A stretch of DNA of 64,000 bases, taken from positions 832,001-896,000 of the forward strand of contig CAVOKF010000005.1 in NCBI GenBank assembly GCA_963696385.1, read 5' to 3'. The position numbers and the translations under genes are program-made. Each line of letters begins with the position of its first letter. Within the stretch, counting starts at the first letter, position 1. Source of the DNA: an uncultured delta proteobacterium. Lineage in GTDB: Bacteria; Myxococcota_A; Polyangia; Polyangiales; Polyangiaceae. Below are positions 21,606 through 31,314 of this stretch, piece by piece. The notes beneath the pieces are model-generated. The model worked only from the letters and a program-made list of their open reading frames with translations. It was not told the DNA's origin and made no database searches.

Positions 21606-23437
21606 ATGAAATTCGCAGACTTACGCGAGCGGGCCGAGCGCTGGATCGCGGACGACCCGGACCCTGTGACGCGAGATGAGCTTCGGGCGTTGCTGACCTG
21701 CGAGGACCTTGCCGAGACCGATCTGGAAGAGCGCTTCGCGGGCCCGCTCGAGTTCGGCACGGCGGGGCTTCGAGCGGTGATGGGCGCCGGGCCGAATCGC
21801 ATGAATCGTGCCGTCGTGGCGCGCGCGACCTGGGGGCTTGCGCACGAGATTGTGGCCACGGTGGCGCGCGCTGGCGAGCGCGTGGTCGTGGTGGGCGGCG
21901 ATGCTCGGAAGATGAGTCGGGAGCTGTCCGACGACGTGGCCGCGATCTTGGCTGCCGCTGGGCTGCGGGTTGTGCTTTTCGGCGCCCCCGTGCCGACGCC
22001 CCTGGTCGGCTTTGCGGTCAAGCGCCTCGGCGCCGCCGCCGGTGTCGTCATCACGGCCAGCCATAACCCGCCCGATTACAATGGGTACAAAGTCTACTGG
22101 GAGGACGCGGCGCAGATTGCGCCTCCCGCCGATGCCCGCGTCTCGGCGGCCATCGGTCGGGCCCCTGCGGCTCGCGACATCGAGCGACCCTCGCTTTCGG
22201 CTCTGCGCCAGGCCCATCGCGTCGTGGACGCGTCGCCGGAAATCGAATGCGATTACCTGGAGGCTGTCCGGTCGCTTTCCGTACACCCCGAGGAGGGCGA
22301 CCGGCGACTGTCGATCGTGTACACGCCCCTTCACGGCGTGGGGGGGCGCTCGTGCGCCGCGCATTCGAGGATGCGCGCTTTACGTCGTTCCTGAGCGTTG
22401 TCGAGCAGGACAAGCCCGACGGGACGTTTCCCACGGTAGCGTTTCCGAATCCTGAGGAGCCCGGTGCCCTGGATCGCGCCTTGGCGCTGGCCGCCGAGGT
22501 GGGCGCGGACTTGGTGCTCGCCAACGATCCCGATGCCGATCGACTCGCGGTCGCCGTTGCCCGGACGAAGGGCGGTCGAGACGCGGTCGCGGGACGGGGC
22601 GCTTCGCTGCAAGCGGCCGACATCGAGACTCCGAAGGCGGCCCCGCGCGCCCGATCGTATCTCCAGCTGACGGGCAACCAGGTTGGAGTTCTGCTGGGCC
22701 ATTATCTGTTGACCGAGAGGGCTGCGACCTCGCGGCCGCGGGCCGTGGTCACATCCATCGTGTCGTCGCCGCTTCTGGGTCGCATCGCCTTGGATTTGGG
22801 CGTGCACCACGAACAAACCCTGACTGGCTTCAAGTGGATCGCCAAGCGGGCCATCGAGCTCGAGCACGAGGGCTACGAGTTCGTGCTCGGCTACGAAGAG
22901 GCCCTCGGCTACTGCGTGGGTTCCGTGGTCTACGACAAGGACGGAATCTCCGCGGCGCTGATCGTCGCGGAGATGGCGGCCGTGCACCGGGCGCGCGGCC
23001 GGACCCTCTGCGACGTTCTCGACGAGATTGCTCGGCGTTGGGGGGTTTTCGTGAGTGCGCAGGTGAGCATCGCACGCGAAGGTGCCCGCGGTCGCGCGGC
23101 AATCGGTGCCATGATGGACGCGCTGAGAACGCGGCCCCCGTCGGAGGTAGCGGGCGATGCGGTCGTCGGGATGGCCGATTACGGAGCGAGCGCGCACCTG
23201 GATTTTCGCACCGGGGCGCGATCGCCGCTCGCGCTCCCCTCGAGCAACGTTCTGTCCCTTGAGCTTGCCTCGGGCAGCCGGATCATCGCGCGCCCGAGCG
23301 GCACGGAGCCGAAGGCCAAATTCTACTTCGATGTCTGCGGATCCGTCGGCCCCGCCGACACGGTGGCCGAGGCGTCGGCCCGTGCGGAAGTCGCCATGCG
23401 GCGCCTCGCCGACGCATTTGTGGGGCCACTGGCTTGA
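21606..23437 (+). CDS. Phosphomannomutase/phosphoglucomutase; apparent frameshift in the G-run near 22340
   Basis: FGTAGLR, TASHNP, YTPLHG, DPDADR, GYEEALG, RPSGTEPK. Confidence 0.92.
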
Positions 23438-23462
23438 CACGGCACGACTTTCCCATCATTTT
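23434..23462 (+). promoter_or_regulatory. Sigma70-like promoter for rpmI-rplT
   Basis: Perfect TTGACA (overlapping the upstream TGA stop), 17 nt spacer, then CATTTT. Confidence 0.55.
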
Positions 23463-23498
23463 GCCGGCCCCCTGCTGCCTTGCGGGGTCAGGTGCATC

Positions 23499-23696
23499 AT
23501 GCCGAAGATGAAGACGAAGAAGGCGGCGGCCAAGCGCTTCCGGATCACGGGCAAAGGCCGCGTTCGCCGTCCCAAGGCCGGTGGCAATCACGGGATGCAG
23601 GAGAAATCGCGCAAGCGCCTCCGACGGCTGCGCCAGAACGACATGGTCCACACATCGATGGAGAAGCACGTGAAACGCCTTCTCCCGTACGGCTGA
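23499..23696 (+). CDS. rpmI: 50S ribosomal protein L35
   Basis: [20 protein letters not shown]...VKRLLPY. Confidence 0.97.
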   Translation: MPKMKTKKAAAKRFRITGKGRVRRPKAGGNHGMQEKSRKRLRRLRQNDMVHTSMEKHVKRLLPYG

Positions 23697-23706
23697 AGGA
23701 CGAACC

Positions 23707-24054
23707 ATGCCCCGCGCCAAACGAGGATTCAAGGCTCGCCGCCGCCGCAATCGGATTCTGAAGGCAGCGAAGGGCTACCATAGCGCCCGTTCGCGCCTCT
23801 TCGCCTACGCGAAGGAAGTCGTGATGAAGGCGTGGGTGTACGCCTACGCGCACCGCAAGCTTCGCAAACGCGACTTTCGACGGCTCTGGATCGCGCGCAT
23901 CAACGCCGCCGCTCGGCTCAACGGAACGACGTACTCGCGGCTGATGCATGCCCTGAAGAAGAGCGACATCGGACTGGACCGCAAGGTTCTGGCGGACATT
24001 GCCGTGAGCGACGCCGCCGGCTTCGGCGAAATCGTGAAGAGCAGCGCGAGCTAA
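23707..24054 (+). CDS. rplT: 50S ribosomal protein L20
   Basis: MPRAKRG...AKGY...[15 protein letters not shown]...LDRKVLA. Confidence 0.98.
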   Translation: MPRAKRGFKARRRRNRILKAAKGYHSARSRLFAYAKEVVMKAWVYAYAHRKLRKRDFRRLWIARINAAARLNGTTYSRLMHALKKSDIGLDRKVLADIAVSDAAGFGEIVKSSAS

Positions 24055-24062
24055 CCGGGGAT

Positions 24063-24527
24063 CTACCGCTTTTTGGTCATCGTTGCGATCTTCGCGAGTA
24101 CCTCGGTGATCTTGAATGGTTTGGTCACGTAATGCCGAGCTCCGGCGTTGATTCCGCCCACCAAGTCGATGGGCGAGCCGCGAGCCGTGAGAAATAGAAG
24201 GGGGACCCGTTGCAGCGTGGGATCTTTACGCAGCAACTTCGCGAGGCCCAGCCCATCGAGCCGCGGCATCATGATGTCGCTCACGATCGCGTCGGGGGTC
24301 GGAATGCGATCCAGTAACTCGCGAGCCTCCAGGCCGTCGCTGGCCTCATAAACGATGTAGGTCGTTCCGAGCGCTCGTACGAGCATCGTGCGAATGGTGG
24401 AGTCGTCGTCGACCACCAGCACCACCGGAGCCGCCGCGTTCGGCATGGCCGCCGGCTTCGGCGCCTGTGGAGGTACCCGGGTCGAGGTCTTCGGATCCTT
24501 CGGTCCAGCTCCACCGGTGTTGGACAT
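24063..24527 (-). CDS. Single-domain response regulator (CheY-like) with Pro-rich N-terminus
   Basis: VLVVDDD, SDIMMPRLDG, FLTA, YVTKPF. Confidence 0.9.
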   Translation of the reverse strand: MSNTGGAGPKDPKTSTRVPPQAPKPAAMPNAAAPVVLVVDDDSTIRTMLVRALGTTYIVYEASDGLEARELLDRIPTPDAIVSDIMMPRLDGLGLAKLLRKDPTLQRVPLLFLTARGSPIDLVGGINAGARHYVTKPFKITEVLAKIATMTKKR

Positions 24528-24551
24528 GCGTACGAAACCTCGGCTCTTATG

Positions 24552-24688
24552 TAGTACAGCGCCCCGTTGAACGGTACCCAGCCGCGGGACGGGCGTGCCC
24601 ACGAAGCCCATTGTGTCGCTTCGCGAGCAGGACCCAGCTCGGGACGGGCGTGCCCACGAAGCCCATCGTGTGGCTTCGCGAGCGGGAC
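24552..24688. repeat. Family C repeat end followed by two tandem ~56-bp hairpin units
   Basis: TAGTACAGCGCCCC-N7-GGTACCCAGC; units start at 24576 and 24632 and share CGGGACGGGCGTGCCCACGAAGCCCAT..GCTTCGCGAGC. Confidence 0.8.
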
Positions 24689-24745
24689 TCGCAGTCGGTC
24701 GCTCCGAGCCCGTCTGCCACCTGTGCTAATCGGGTGCTTCTCGCC

Positions 24746-25843
24746 ATGAACACGTCCGATCCCGGTGCGATCCCGCAATCGATCGAGCGCTCGCTTTCGG
24801 TCTTGAGAGCCACTTTCCGGACGCGCTTCGAAGCGGCAGCCACCGAGCAGTCCTTGCGCGATGAAAATGCGAAAATCCTCGGAAAAAAAGGCGAGTTGAA
24901 GGCCATTTTGAACGCTGTCGGGTCCGTTCCGGCCGAGCACCGCAAGGCCGTGGGCGAACTTGTCAACTCGCTGCGGCGCGACGTGGAGGCTTCGTTCGAA
25001 GAGCGCCTGCGCGCAATCGACCGTCTCCGGCGCGCCGCCGAACTCGAGGCTCCGCCATTCGACGTCACGCTGCCGGGCCGCGAGCCGGCTCCGCTCGGGC
25101 ACCCCCATCCGATCTCTCGCGTGCGCGACGAAATCGTCGATGTTCTGGTCAGCTTGGGATTTGCGGTGCACGACGGACCGGAGATCGACGTCGAGGAGAA
25201 CAACTTCGCCAAACTCGGATTTGCTCCGGATCACCCGGCCACCGACATGCAGGACAGTTTCTGGGTCGATGTCGCCGGAGGTCCAGCCGGCGAATCGTCC
25301 CGGACGTTGCTTCGCACGCACACGAGCAATGTGCAGATTCGTGCGATGTCGACGCGCCCGCCCCCGATGGCGTTCATCGCTCCAGGGGTGGTTTATCGTC
25401 GCGACGACGATGCCACGCATTCGCCGATGTTTCACCAGATCGAGTGCTTCCTGGTGGACGAGCGCGTCAGCATGGCCCATCTGAAGGGCGTTCTGGCCGA
25501 GTTCGCCGAGCGCTTCTTCGGTGCCGGAACCCCGATTCGTTTGCGGCCGAGCTACTTCCCGTTCGTCGAGCCGGGCGCCGAAGTGGACGTAGGTTGTCCG
25601 TTTTGCAAGAGGCAGGACGGGACGCGCGTAGGGTGCAGCGTCTGCAAGCGCACCGGGTGGATCGAGATTCTCGGCTGCGGCATGATCCATCCGGTCGTCT
25701 TCGAGAGCTGCGGGATCGACCCGGACCGGTGGACCGGGTTCGCCTTTGGAATGGGCATCGAGCGCGTGGCGATCGTGCGGTACGGAATCCCCGACATTCG
25801 GTTGCTGTTCGAGAACGACCCGCGGTTCATTGCGCAATTCTAG
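24746..25843 (+). CDS. pheS: Phenylalanyl-tRNA synthetase alpha subunit
   Basis: HPATDMQDSF, LRTHTS, DATHSPMFHQ, RPSYFPFVEP, GFAFGMGIER. Confidence 0.98.
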   Translation: MNTSDPGAIPQSIERSLSVLRATFRTRFEAAATEQSLRDENAKILGKKGELKAILNAVGSVPAEHRKAVGELVNSLRRDVEASFEERLRAIDRLRRAAELEAPPFDVTLPGREPAPLGHPHPISRVRDEIVDVLVSLGFAVHDGPEIDVEENNFAKLGFAPDHPATDMQDSFWVDVAGGPAGESSRTLLRTHTSNVQIRAMSTRPPPMAFIAPGVVYRRDDDATHSPMFHQIECFLVDERVSMAHLKGVLAEFAERFFGAGTPIRLRPSYFPFVEPGAEVDVGCPFCKRQDGTRVGCSVCKRTGWIEILGCGMIHPVVFESCGIDPDRWTGFAFGMGIERVAIVRYGIPDIRLLFENDPRFIAQF

Positions 25844-25926
25844 TGTCCTGTCTTCGAGATCTAGCTGGATCATTCGGAGCGCCTCGAAGAACACGACGCT
25901 AACCGAAGCCGCGGGAGCGGCTTCGC
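25840..25926. repeat. Palindromic intergenic repeat family B, copy 1 (starts in the pheS stop, CTAG)
   Basis: CTAGTGTCCTGTCTTCGAG...CTCGAAGA followed by CGAAGCCGCGGGAGCGGCTTCG; closely similar to 57633-57718. Confidence 0.85.
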
Positions 25927-25998
25927 GTGCGCCCCGGGACCCGCAGAAGGCACCGGCTCTCCCCATGGAGCCACCGCTGAGCGCGACGCCACCTCGAC

Positions 25999-27006
25999 TC
26001 AGAATCGGACCGATAGGTCCAAAGCCGCGCCTCCCGGCAAGGGAACAACCGCCGCCCCGGTAGCGGGTGGGGCCGTTGACCGCCCGCTGGGCCAGAACAG
26101 CCAGCCGAAGACAGCGCCGGCGCTCAGCGCACCCGCACCGGCAAAGAGCGTCGTGCTCGCCTTCAGATCGGCGTGTTGCGTGTCGACCTTGCTGCGAAGG
26201 GTGGCGCACATGGCGATAGTCGTGGCGCTCGTCGCTATCGTGCAGGCATCCATCGGGCCGAGCTTCGCTCGGATCGACGTGGCATCCGTCTGGTTTTGAT
26301 CCCCGGCGAGAGAGAAAAAAATGCCGGTGGCCAGGGCCGCGAGGGCCCCGAGGGCCAGCGAGCCGGCGACGACGTGCCGGGCCGATAAAGCCCGCTCGTG
26401 GGTCGCTTCGACCGGCTCCGCGCCCGACGATTCCACCGAAGTCGACGCGGATGGTTCGGAGGCATTCGCCGCCTTGAGCGTGACGCTGACCCCGCGTGCC
26501 TTCTCTCCCGCGCGAAGAACGATCTTCTGGTCCACCGGCATGCTGCCCGGGCGCTCGAAATGCAAAACGTGCTCTCCTGTGTCGACTTCGATCGGCTTGC
26601 CGTCGAGAACGGTCGCAAAAGGGGCACCGTCGAAGGTCACCGCTACGTCGGTCAAATCCGTACCCTGCTCGTCCTTGGCGCCGAGCACGATGGTCGGCGC
26701 GTTCTCGTCGATTTCGTGCAGCCACTTGGTACACGACTCGACGACGACGCGCGGACACGAGTCGGCCGAGCAACGGACGAATGCCGTGCGGGCCGCGCGA
26801 TATTTCCCGTCGTCACGCTGACTCTGACCCTGCTCGGCCGCAGCGATGCACGCCTCCTTGTCGCCCGGCGTCTTATTGACCGTCCTGTCGTCGGCGCTGC
26901 TGATCGCGGGCACCACGACGAGCGCCATCATGGATCCGACACGGGCGGCGCGGATCGGTCGAACCACGGCTCTCGCCCACCGCGGGGTCGAAGGGCGATC
27001 GCGCAT
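25999..27006 (-). CDS. Secreted helical/PEGA-like kinase-partner protein with hydrophobic segments and C-terminal Phe
   Basis: Signal peptide; Cys-containing helical N-domain; beta-rich PEGA-like part (IEVDTGEHVLHF); Gly/Ala helices; ends LDLSVRF; ATG overlaps the kinase stop. Confidence 0.75.
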   Translation of the reverse strand: MRDRPSTPRWARAVVRPIRAARVGSMMALVVVPAISSADDRTVNKTPGDKEACIAAAEQGQSQRDDGKYRAARTAFVRCSADSCPRVVVESCTKWLHEIDENAPTIVLGAKDEQGTDLTDVAVTFDGAPFATVLDGKPIEVDTGEHVLHFERPGSMPVDQKIVLRAGEKARGVSVTLKAANASEPSASTSVESSGAEPVEATHERALSARHVVAGSLALGALAALATGIFFSLAGDQNQTDATSIRAKLGPMDACTIATSATTIAMCATLRSKVDTQHADLKASTTLFAGAGALSAGAVFGWLFWPSGRSTAPPATGAAVVPLPGGAALDLSVRF

Positions 27007-28625
27007 CACAGGCAGTTCGGCTTGAAATGAATGTGTCCTTTGGCGTCGGCGGTATACGGGGGGTTGCACTCGCCGGGCGCCGAGACACTTGGGGGGGCCG
27101 GCCCGGGCGCGCTGGTAACGGCTGGAGGAGCGGCTCTCCATGGCTGCGCTCGGGCGGCCGGCGGCGGAGCCGCTATCCGGGGCGCCGAAGAAGCGGCCGT
27201 TGGCGAAGCGGACGCCGGTACGCTCGATGTTGCCGCGGGCGGTGGCGGCGCACCCAGCATGATCACCGGCGGGTTGCCCGGCGGTGCAAGGCCGCTCTTC
27301 GCCATCGGCTCGACCGAGCGCGTTGCGTGCGACAGAAGGCCGACCGCGCGCGTTTGCGAAAATACGACGAGCCCCAGAAGCAGAACGAGCGCGCTCACCG
27401 AAATGAGTAGAGTCGATACGAGCTTGCGCGAACGGCGCTTGCCGGATGGCACGGTCGCACGGGCAAGCGACAAGCTGGAGACTTGGGAGACGTCGGGTTG
27501 CGTGCGCGCGGACGATGGAGCCAAACCGTCTCGCGGGGTCGGTCGGCCCCAGACGAGGCTTTGCATCTGGGGCGACCGCCGGGCCACGCCGGTCGACGCT
27601 CCGACCCCGTCACGAGAGGCGGCCAGCCAATCTTGGTCCACGGCTTCGGAGGCGGACCGCTCGATTTCCGCGACGTGCGACGCGCGCTCACGAAGCTCGT
27701 CGGCGGCCGTCGCTTCGACCCATTCGCCAATTTCAGTCGGCGATGCGATGCCGATGCACGCGTCGAGGTCGACGGCCATCTCGCGCGCCGTCGCGTAGCG
27801 CTTTGCGGGGTCTCGCTCGAGGCCGCGCAATACGACCCGGTCGAACGTGCCTGGCAGCTCGGCCACGATGGAGCTCGGCTCCGGCACCTCGGCGCACAGG
27901 ACGCGCGCGAGCACGCTCGCCTCATTCTCGGCGTAAAATAGGCGCTTGCCGGTCAACGCTTCCCACAGGACCACCGATGCTGCATAGACGTCGGTTCGGC
28001 GTGTCAACGGATCGCCGCGAACTTGCTCCGGCGCCATGTATGCAAGTTTGCCCTTGAGTTGACCGTCGCGCGTCGTCTGCAGTCGACCCGAAGCCTTCGC
28101 GACGCCGAAGTCGAGCAGCCGGGCGACGCCGTCGGTGCCGACCAGAATGTTCTGGGGAGAAACGTCGCGGTGGACCATGTCCAGCGGTTCGCCACGGTCG
28201 TTTCTTGCCTCGTGGGCGGCGTGCAGGCCCTGAAGGACGCCGCTGACGATGCCGGCGCCGACGAGCGGCGGAACGCGCGCGCCACGCTTGCGCATCGTTC
28301 GGACGAGCTGTCCGAGCGCCGCGCCGCGCACGTATTCCATCACGAGGAATACCTCGTCGTCCTCAGCAACCACATCGAGGGTTGGAACGACGTTCGGGTG
28401 CGTGATGCGAGCGGCGAGCCGCGCCTCGTCGAGAAACATTTTGACGAAGTCCGGATCGCGGGCGAATTGCGCGTGCAGCCTCTTAATGGCGACAGGTCGG
28501 GCGAAGCCGGCCGGGCCCACCAGCCGTCCAAAGTGGACGGTCGCCATCCCGCCCGACGCGATCTCGCCGTAGAGCACGTAGCGCCCGACGATGCGCGGGG
28601 CATTGGCCTGTAAAGCTGCAGCCAT
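27006..28625 (-). CDS. Membrane Hanks-type Ser/Thr protein kinase
   Basis: IASGGMATV, VAIK, HRDVSPQN, DFG, YMAPE; one TM helix; Pro-rich tail ending CNPPYTADAKGHIHFKPNCL. Confidence 0.95.
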   Translation of the reverse strand: MAAALQANAPRIVGRYVLYGEIASGGMATVHFGRLVGPAGFARPVAIKRLHAQFARDPDFVKMFLDEARLAARITHPNVVPTLDVVAEDDEVFLVMEYVRGAALGQLVRTMRKRGARVPPLVGAGIVSGVLQGLHAAHEARNDRGEPLDMVHRDVSPQNILVGTDGVARLLDFGVAKASGRLQTTRDGQLKGKLAYMAPEQVRGDPLTRRTDVYAASVVLWEALTGKRLFYAENEASVLARVLCAEVPEPSSIVAELPGTFDRVVLRGLERDPAKRYATAREMAVDLDACIGIASPTEIGEWVEATAADELRERASHVAEIERSASEAVDQDWLAASRDGVGASTGVARRSPQMQSLVWGRPTPRDGLAPSSARTQPDVSQVSSLSLARATVPSGKRRSRKLVSTLLISVSALVLLLGLVVFSQTRAVGLLSHATRSVEPMAKSGLAPPGNPPVIMLGAPPPPAATSSVPASASPTAASSAPRIAAPPPAARAQPWRAAPPAVTSAPGPAPPSVSAPGECNPPYTADAKGHIHFKPNCL

Positions 28626-28765
28626 TATCCTCCTTATATGGTAACCCGATGTGTCGGGGATCGGCTACCCTCGGGCGACGATCGGGGGGGTACTCGACGA
28701 CCGACGTCGGGGGGGCCGGCCCACACGGAGAATCGGTCGCGACGTGTCGATCGCATCTCCGCAGA

Positions 28766-28782
28766 GAAACAAATATAGTTTC
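28766..28782. promoter_or_regulatory. AT-rich inverted repeat (putative operator) between the divergent kinase and GH5 genes
   Basis: GAAAC-AAATATA-GTTTC inside a strongly AT-rich patch. Confidence 0.35.
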
Positions 28783-28925
28783 ATTTCATATGTTTATGGC
28801 GCGTGCGCATGTCCCACACGTTTCGCGCCTACATCGGTACCTCGTTCGAGGCGGGGGAAGCTTCGCCCGGCATGCCTAAATGACGAGCCGCCGCGCCACA
28901 ACATAAGCGTCCACTAAGATCTTCC

Positions 28926-30359
28926 ATGCGCTGTCGTCTTGTTCTTGGGTTCCTCGTAACAGGTGTGTGTTCCGTGACGTTCGGGTCGGGCTGCTTCTCG
29001 CAGCCTAGTGCCGACATGACACCGAACTCATCGTCCGCGACTGCGGACCCACCGGCATCCACTTCGGCAGGGCCTCGCGGTTGCTCGGTCGACGGGGGCG
29101 CCCCCGCGATTGCGCCGGGGGGCTACTACACCAACGGCGCGCAGGTATGCACGGCCGACGGCCAGCCCCACCTGTTCCATGGCGTCGACCGACCTTCGCT
29201 CGAGTGGTCGCCGGTCGGCGAATCGATCTCGGCCGCAGACTTTCAGCAGATGGCATCGTGGCACGCCAATACCGTTCGTATCGCCACGAATCAGGATTTC
29301 TGGCTTTCGGGAGCGGCCCTCTACGACCCCAACTACAAGTCGACGATCCAGAATGCCGTGACCTGGGCCGAGCAAGCGGGTCTCGACGTCATCCTCGACC
29401 TGCACTGGTCGGACCGGGGCAATTTGAATATCACGATGGCCGGCGGAAATCTGCCAAACGGCGCCCAGGCAAACGACACCGTGGGATACGACAACCAGCA
29501 GCCCATGGCGGACGTCAATTCCCTCGAATATTGGAAAGAGGTCGCGGCTACGTTCCAAAACGACGGTCACGTCCTCTTCGAGCTCTACAACGAGCCGAAC
29601 GACGTCAGCTGGGATATCTGGCTCAACGGTGGCCAGTATCAAGAGTACCAGGTGGTCGGGATGCAGCAGCTCTACGACGCCGTTCGCGCCACGGGAGCGA
29701 ACAACCTGGTCGTCGTCGGGGGACTCAACTGGGCGTTCGATTTATCGGGTGTCGCGCAGTATCCCGTAATTGGATACAACATCCTGTACGCAACGCATCC
29801 GTACAAGCCAAAGAGCAATTGGAGCACGGCGTTCGAATACCTGTCGACAGGGAACATCGCGCCCGTCATCGCGACCGAGTTCGGAGACTCCACCCCAGAG
29901 CACTGTACCGGCGCCTGGGACCAGTCTCTCATTGCGGCCGCCGCGGAACCGACGCTTCAAATATCCTGGACGGCCTGGGCCTGGTACGACGGCGACCCGT
30001 GCTCGTTCCCGTCGCTCATCACCGATTTCGACTCGTACACTCCCACCGTGCAAGGACAGGTCGTGTACGACGCGCTGATGAGCGATCCGGCCCCTCAACC
30101 GTGGATCGACTCGGGCGTCGCGGGCGGATCGGTGGACTCGAGCGTGGACGACGAAGGATCCGATACGGCCACGACAGGAACCGATGCCGGCACGACGGGG
30201 GCCGACGTGGGCGCGGCGGAGACCGACTCAGGCGACGGGGCGGCCCCCGTCGACGGTCCGGCGGCCGCAGATGGTTCGGCACCCGCAGATGGTTCGGCGC
30301 CCGCCGAAGCGTCGACGCTTCAAGCGGATGCGGGTCTGGACGCGCCCACCACGGACTGA
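28926..30359 (+). CDS. Glycoside hydrolase family 5 (cellulase-like) lipoprotein
   Basis: Lipobox FGSGC; VILDLHWS; acid/base FELYNEP; HPY; nucleophile ATEFG; WAW; acidic low-complexity tail with ADGSAP repeats. Confidence 0.9.
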   Translation: MRCRLVLGFLVTGVCSVTFGSGCFSQPSADMTPNSSSATADPPASTSAGPRGCSVDGGAPAIAPGGYYTNGAQVCTADGQPHLFHGVDRPSLEWSPVGESISAADFQQMASWHANTVRIATNQDFWLSGAALYDPNYKSTIQNAVTWAEQAGLDVILDLHWSDRGNLNITMAGGNLPNGAQANDTVGYDNQQPMADVNSLEYWKEVAATFQNDGHVLFELYNEPNDVSWDIWLNGGQYQEYQVVGMQQLYDAVRATGANNLVVVGGLNWAFDLSGVAQYPVIGYNILYATHPYKPKSNWSTAFEYLSTGNIAPVIATEFGDSTPEHCTGAWDQSLIAAAAEPTLQISWTAWAWYDGDPCSFPSLITDFDSYTPTVQGQVVYDALMSDPAPQPWIDSGVAGGSVDSSVDDEGSDTATTGTDAGTTGADVGAAETDSGDGAAPVDGPAAADGSAPADGSAPAEASTLQADAGLDAPTTD

Positions 30360-30405
30360 CCCGCAGGGCGCGCAAACTCGCGCTCGCGCACCGTTGCGCG
30401 ACCGA

Positions 30406-31236
30406 TCACGGACAGCCGGTAAACCGAACCGTGTCGATCCAAAGATCGTAGTCGACGCCGGTCTCGGTGATCTGCCACTGCATCCCGTAAAGCCTCGCCT
30501 TGTTGATCGCCGGAGGATTCGGGTCCCCCCAATCCTTCATTTGCTTCATGCCCGCAAACGGGATCGTGTATTTTTTCCACTGTTCGGTCAGCGTCAGATC
30601 CGCGCCGAAGTCGTTGAAGCATTCTTTGCAAACCCGGCCGTCCGGATCGGTGTTCACGTCGGGGACCTTGAGCCGAACGGTCTTGGTCGACTTGGGACCG
30701 ACCTTCGCATAGAAGGAGACGCCCGTGTATTTCGAGGCGTCGTAAGGCCCTTTCGGATCCGTGAAGCTGAATCCAAGGCCTGCGAAGAGCGGATCTCCGT
30801 TGGCCGACATCTTGCCGAGCATGTGCGCAGCGTATTTCGATCCGCCAGCGCCGTCGGGCGACATCAGAAACTTGGTGTGCGCGGGAGGCGTGATGGTCGA
30901 GCCCTGCTTGTCGACGAACGTATACCAATACCCGTTGCGCCCGCCCTGCGTGCTCACTTGGTTGTTGTTGTCTTCGCATTCATCGATCACGTAATCGGGT
31001 TCGGTACAGTCCTTGTCCGGCACGGTGGCCGGACCCGGAGGCGGTCCGGCCACCGCCACTCCGCTCCCTCCGGCGCCCGGGTTGGGCGCTGCGGGGACCG
31101 CGGCCGCCGGGGGCGGGGCCGCAGGCGGCGCCGCTTGTGCGGGGCTCGCGCTCGACTGGGGAGCCGGTTCGTTGTGACAGCCCAGCGTCGGGATCAGCGC
31201 CAGCGCCATGAACGCGAAATGCGATTTCATAAGCAT
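30406..31236 (-). CDS. Carbohydrate-binding (CBM11/galactose-binding-like) lipoprotein
   Basis: Lipobox TLGC; Pro/Ala linker; IDECED, GYWYTFVD, YDASKYTGVSFYAK, WIDTVRF beta-sandwich pattern. Confidence 0.75.
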   Translation of the reverse strand: MLMKSHFAFMALALIPTLGCHNEPAPQSSASPAQAAPPAAPPPAAAVPAAPNPGAGGSGVAVAGPPPGPATVPDKDCTEPDYVIDECEDNNNQVSTQGGRNGYWYTFVDKQGSTITPPAHTKFLMSPDGAGGSKYAAHMLGKMSANGDPLFAGLGFSFTDPKGPYDASKYTGVSFYAKVGPKSTKTVRLKVPDVNTDPDGRVCKECFNDFGADLTLTEQWKKYTIPFAGMKQMKDWGDPNPPAINKARLYGMQWQITETGVDYDLWIDTVRFTGCP

Positions 31237-31314
31237 TATGAATAGTCCTCAGGTGGAACGACGGCGCGAGAGGCTACCTGTCGCGACTCGGTCGAGCAAG
31301 GGTGTTGTCCACGC

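Noticed and set aside
24576..24688. Possible mini-CRISPR array
   Set aside because: Only two adjacent ~56-bp units with no unique spacers, and no cas genes
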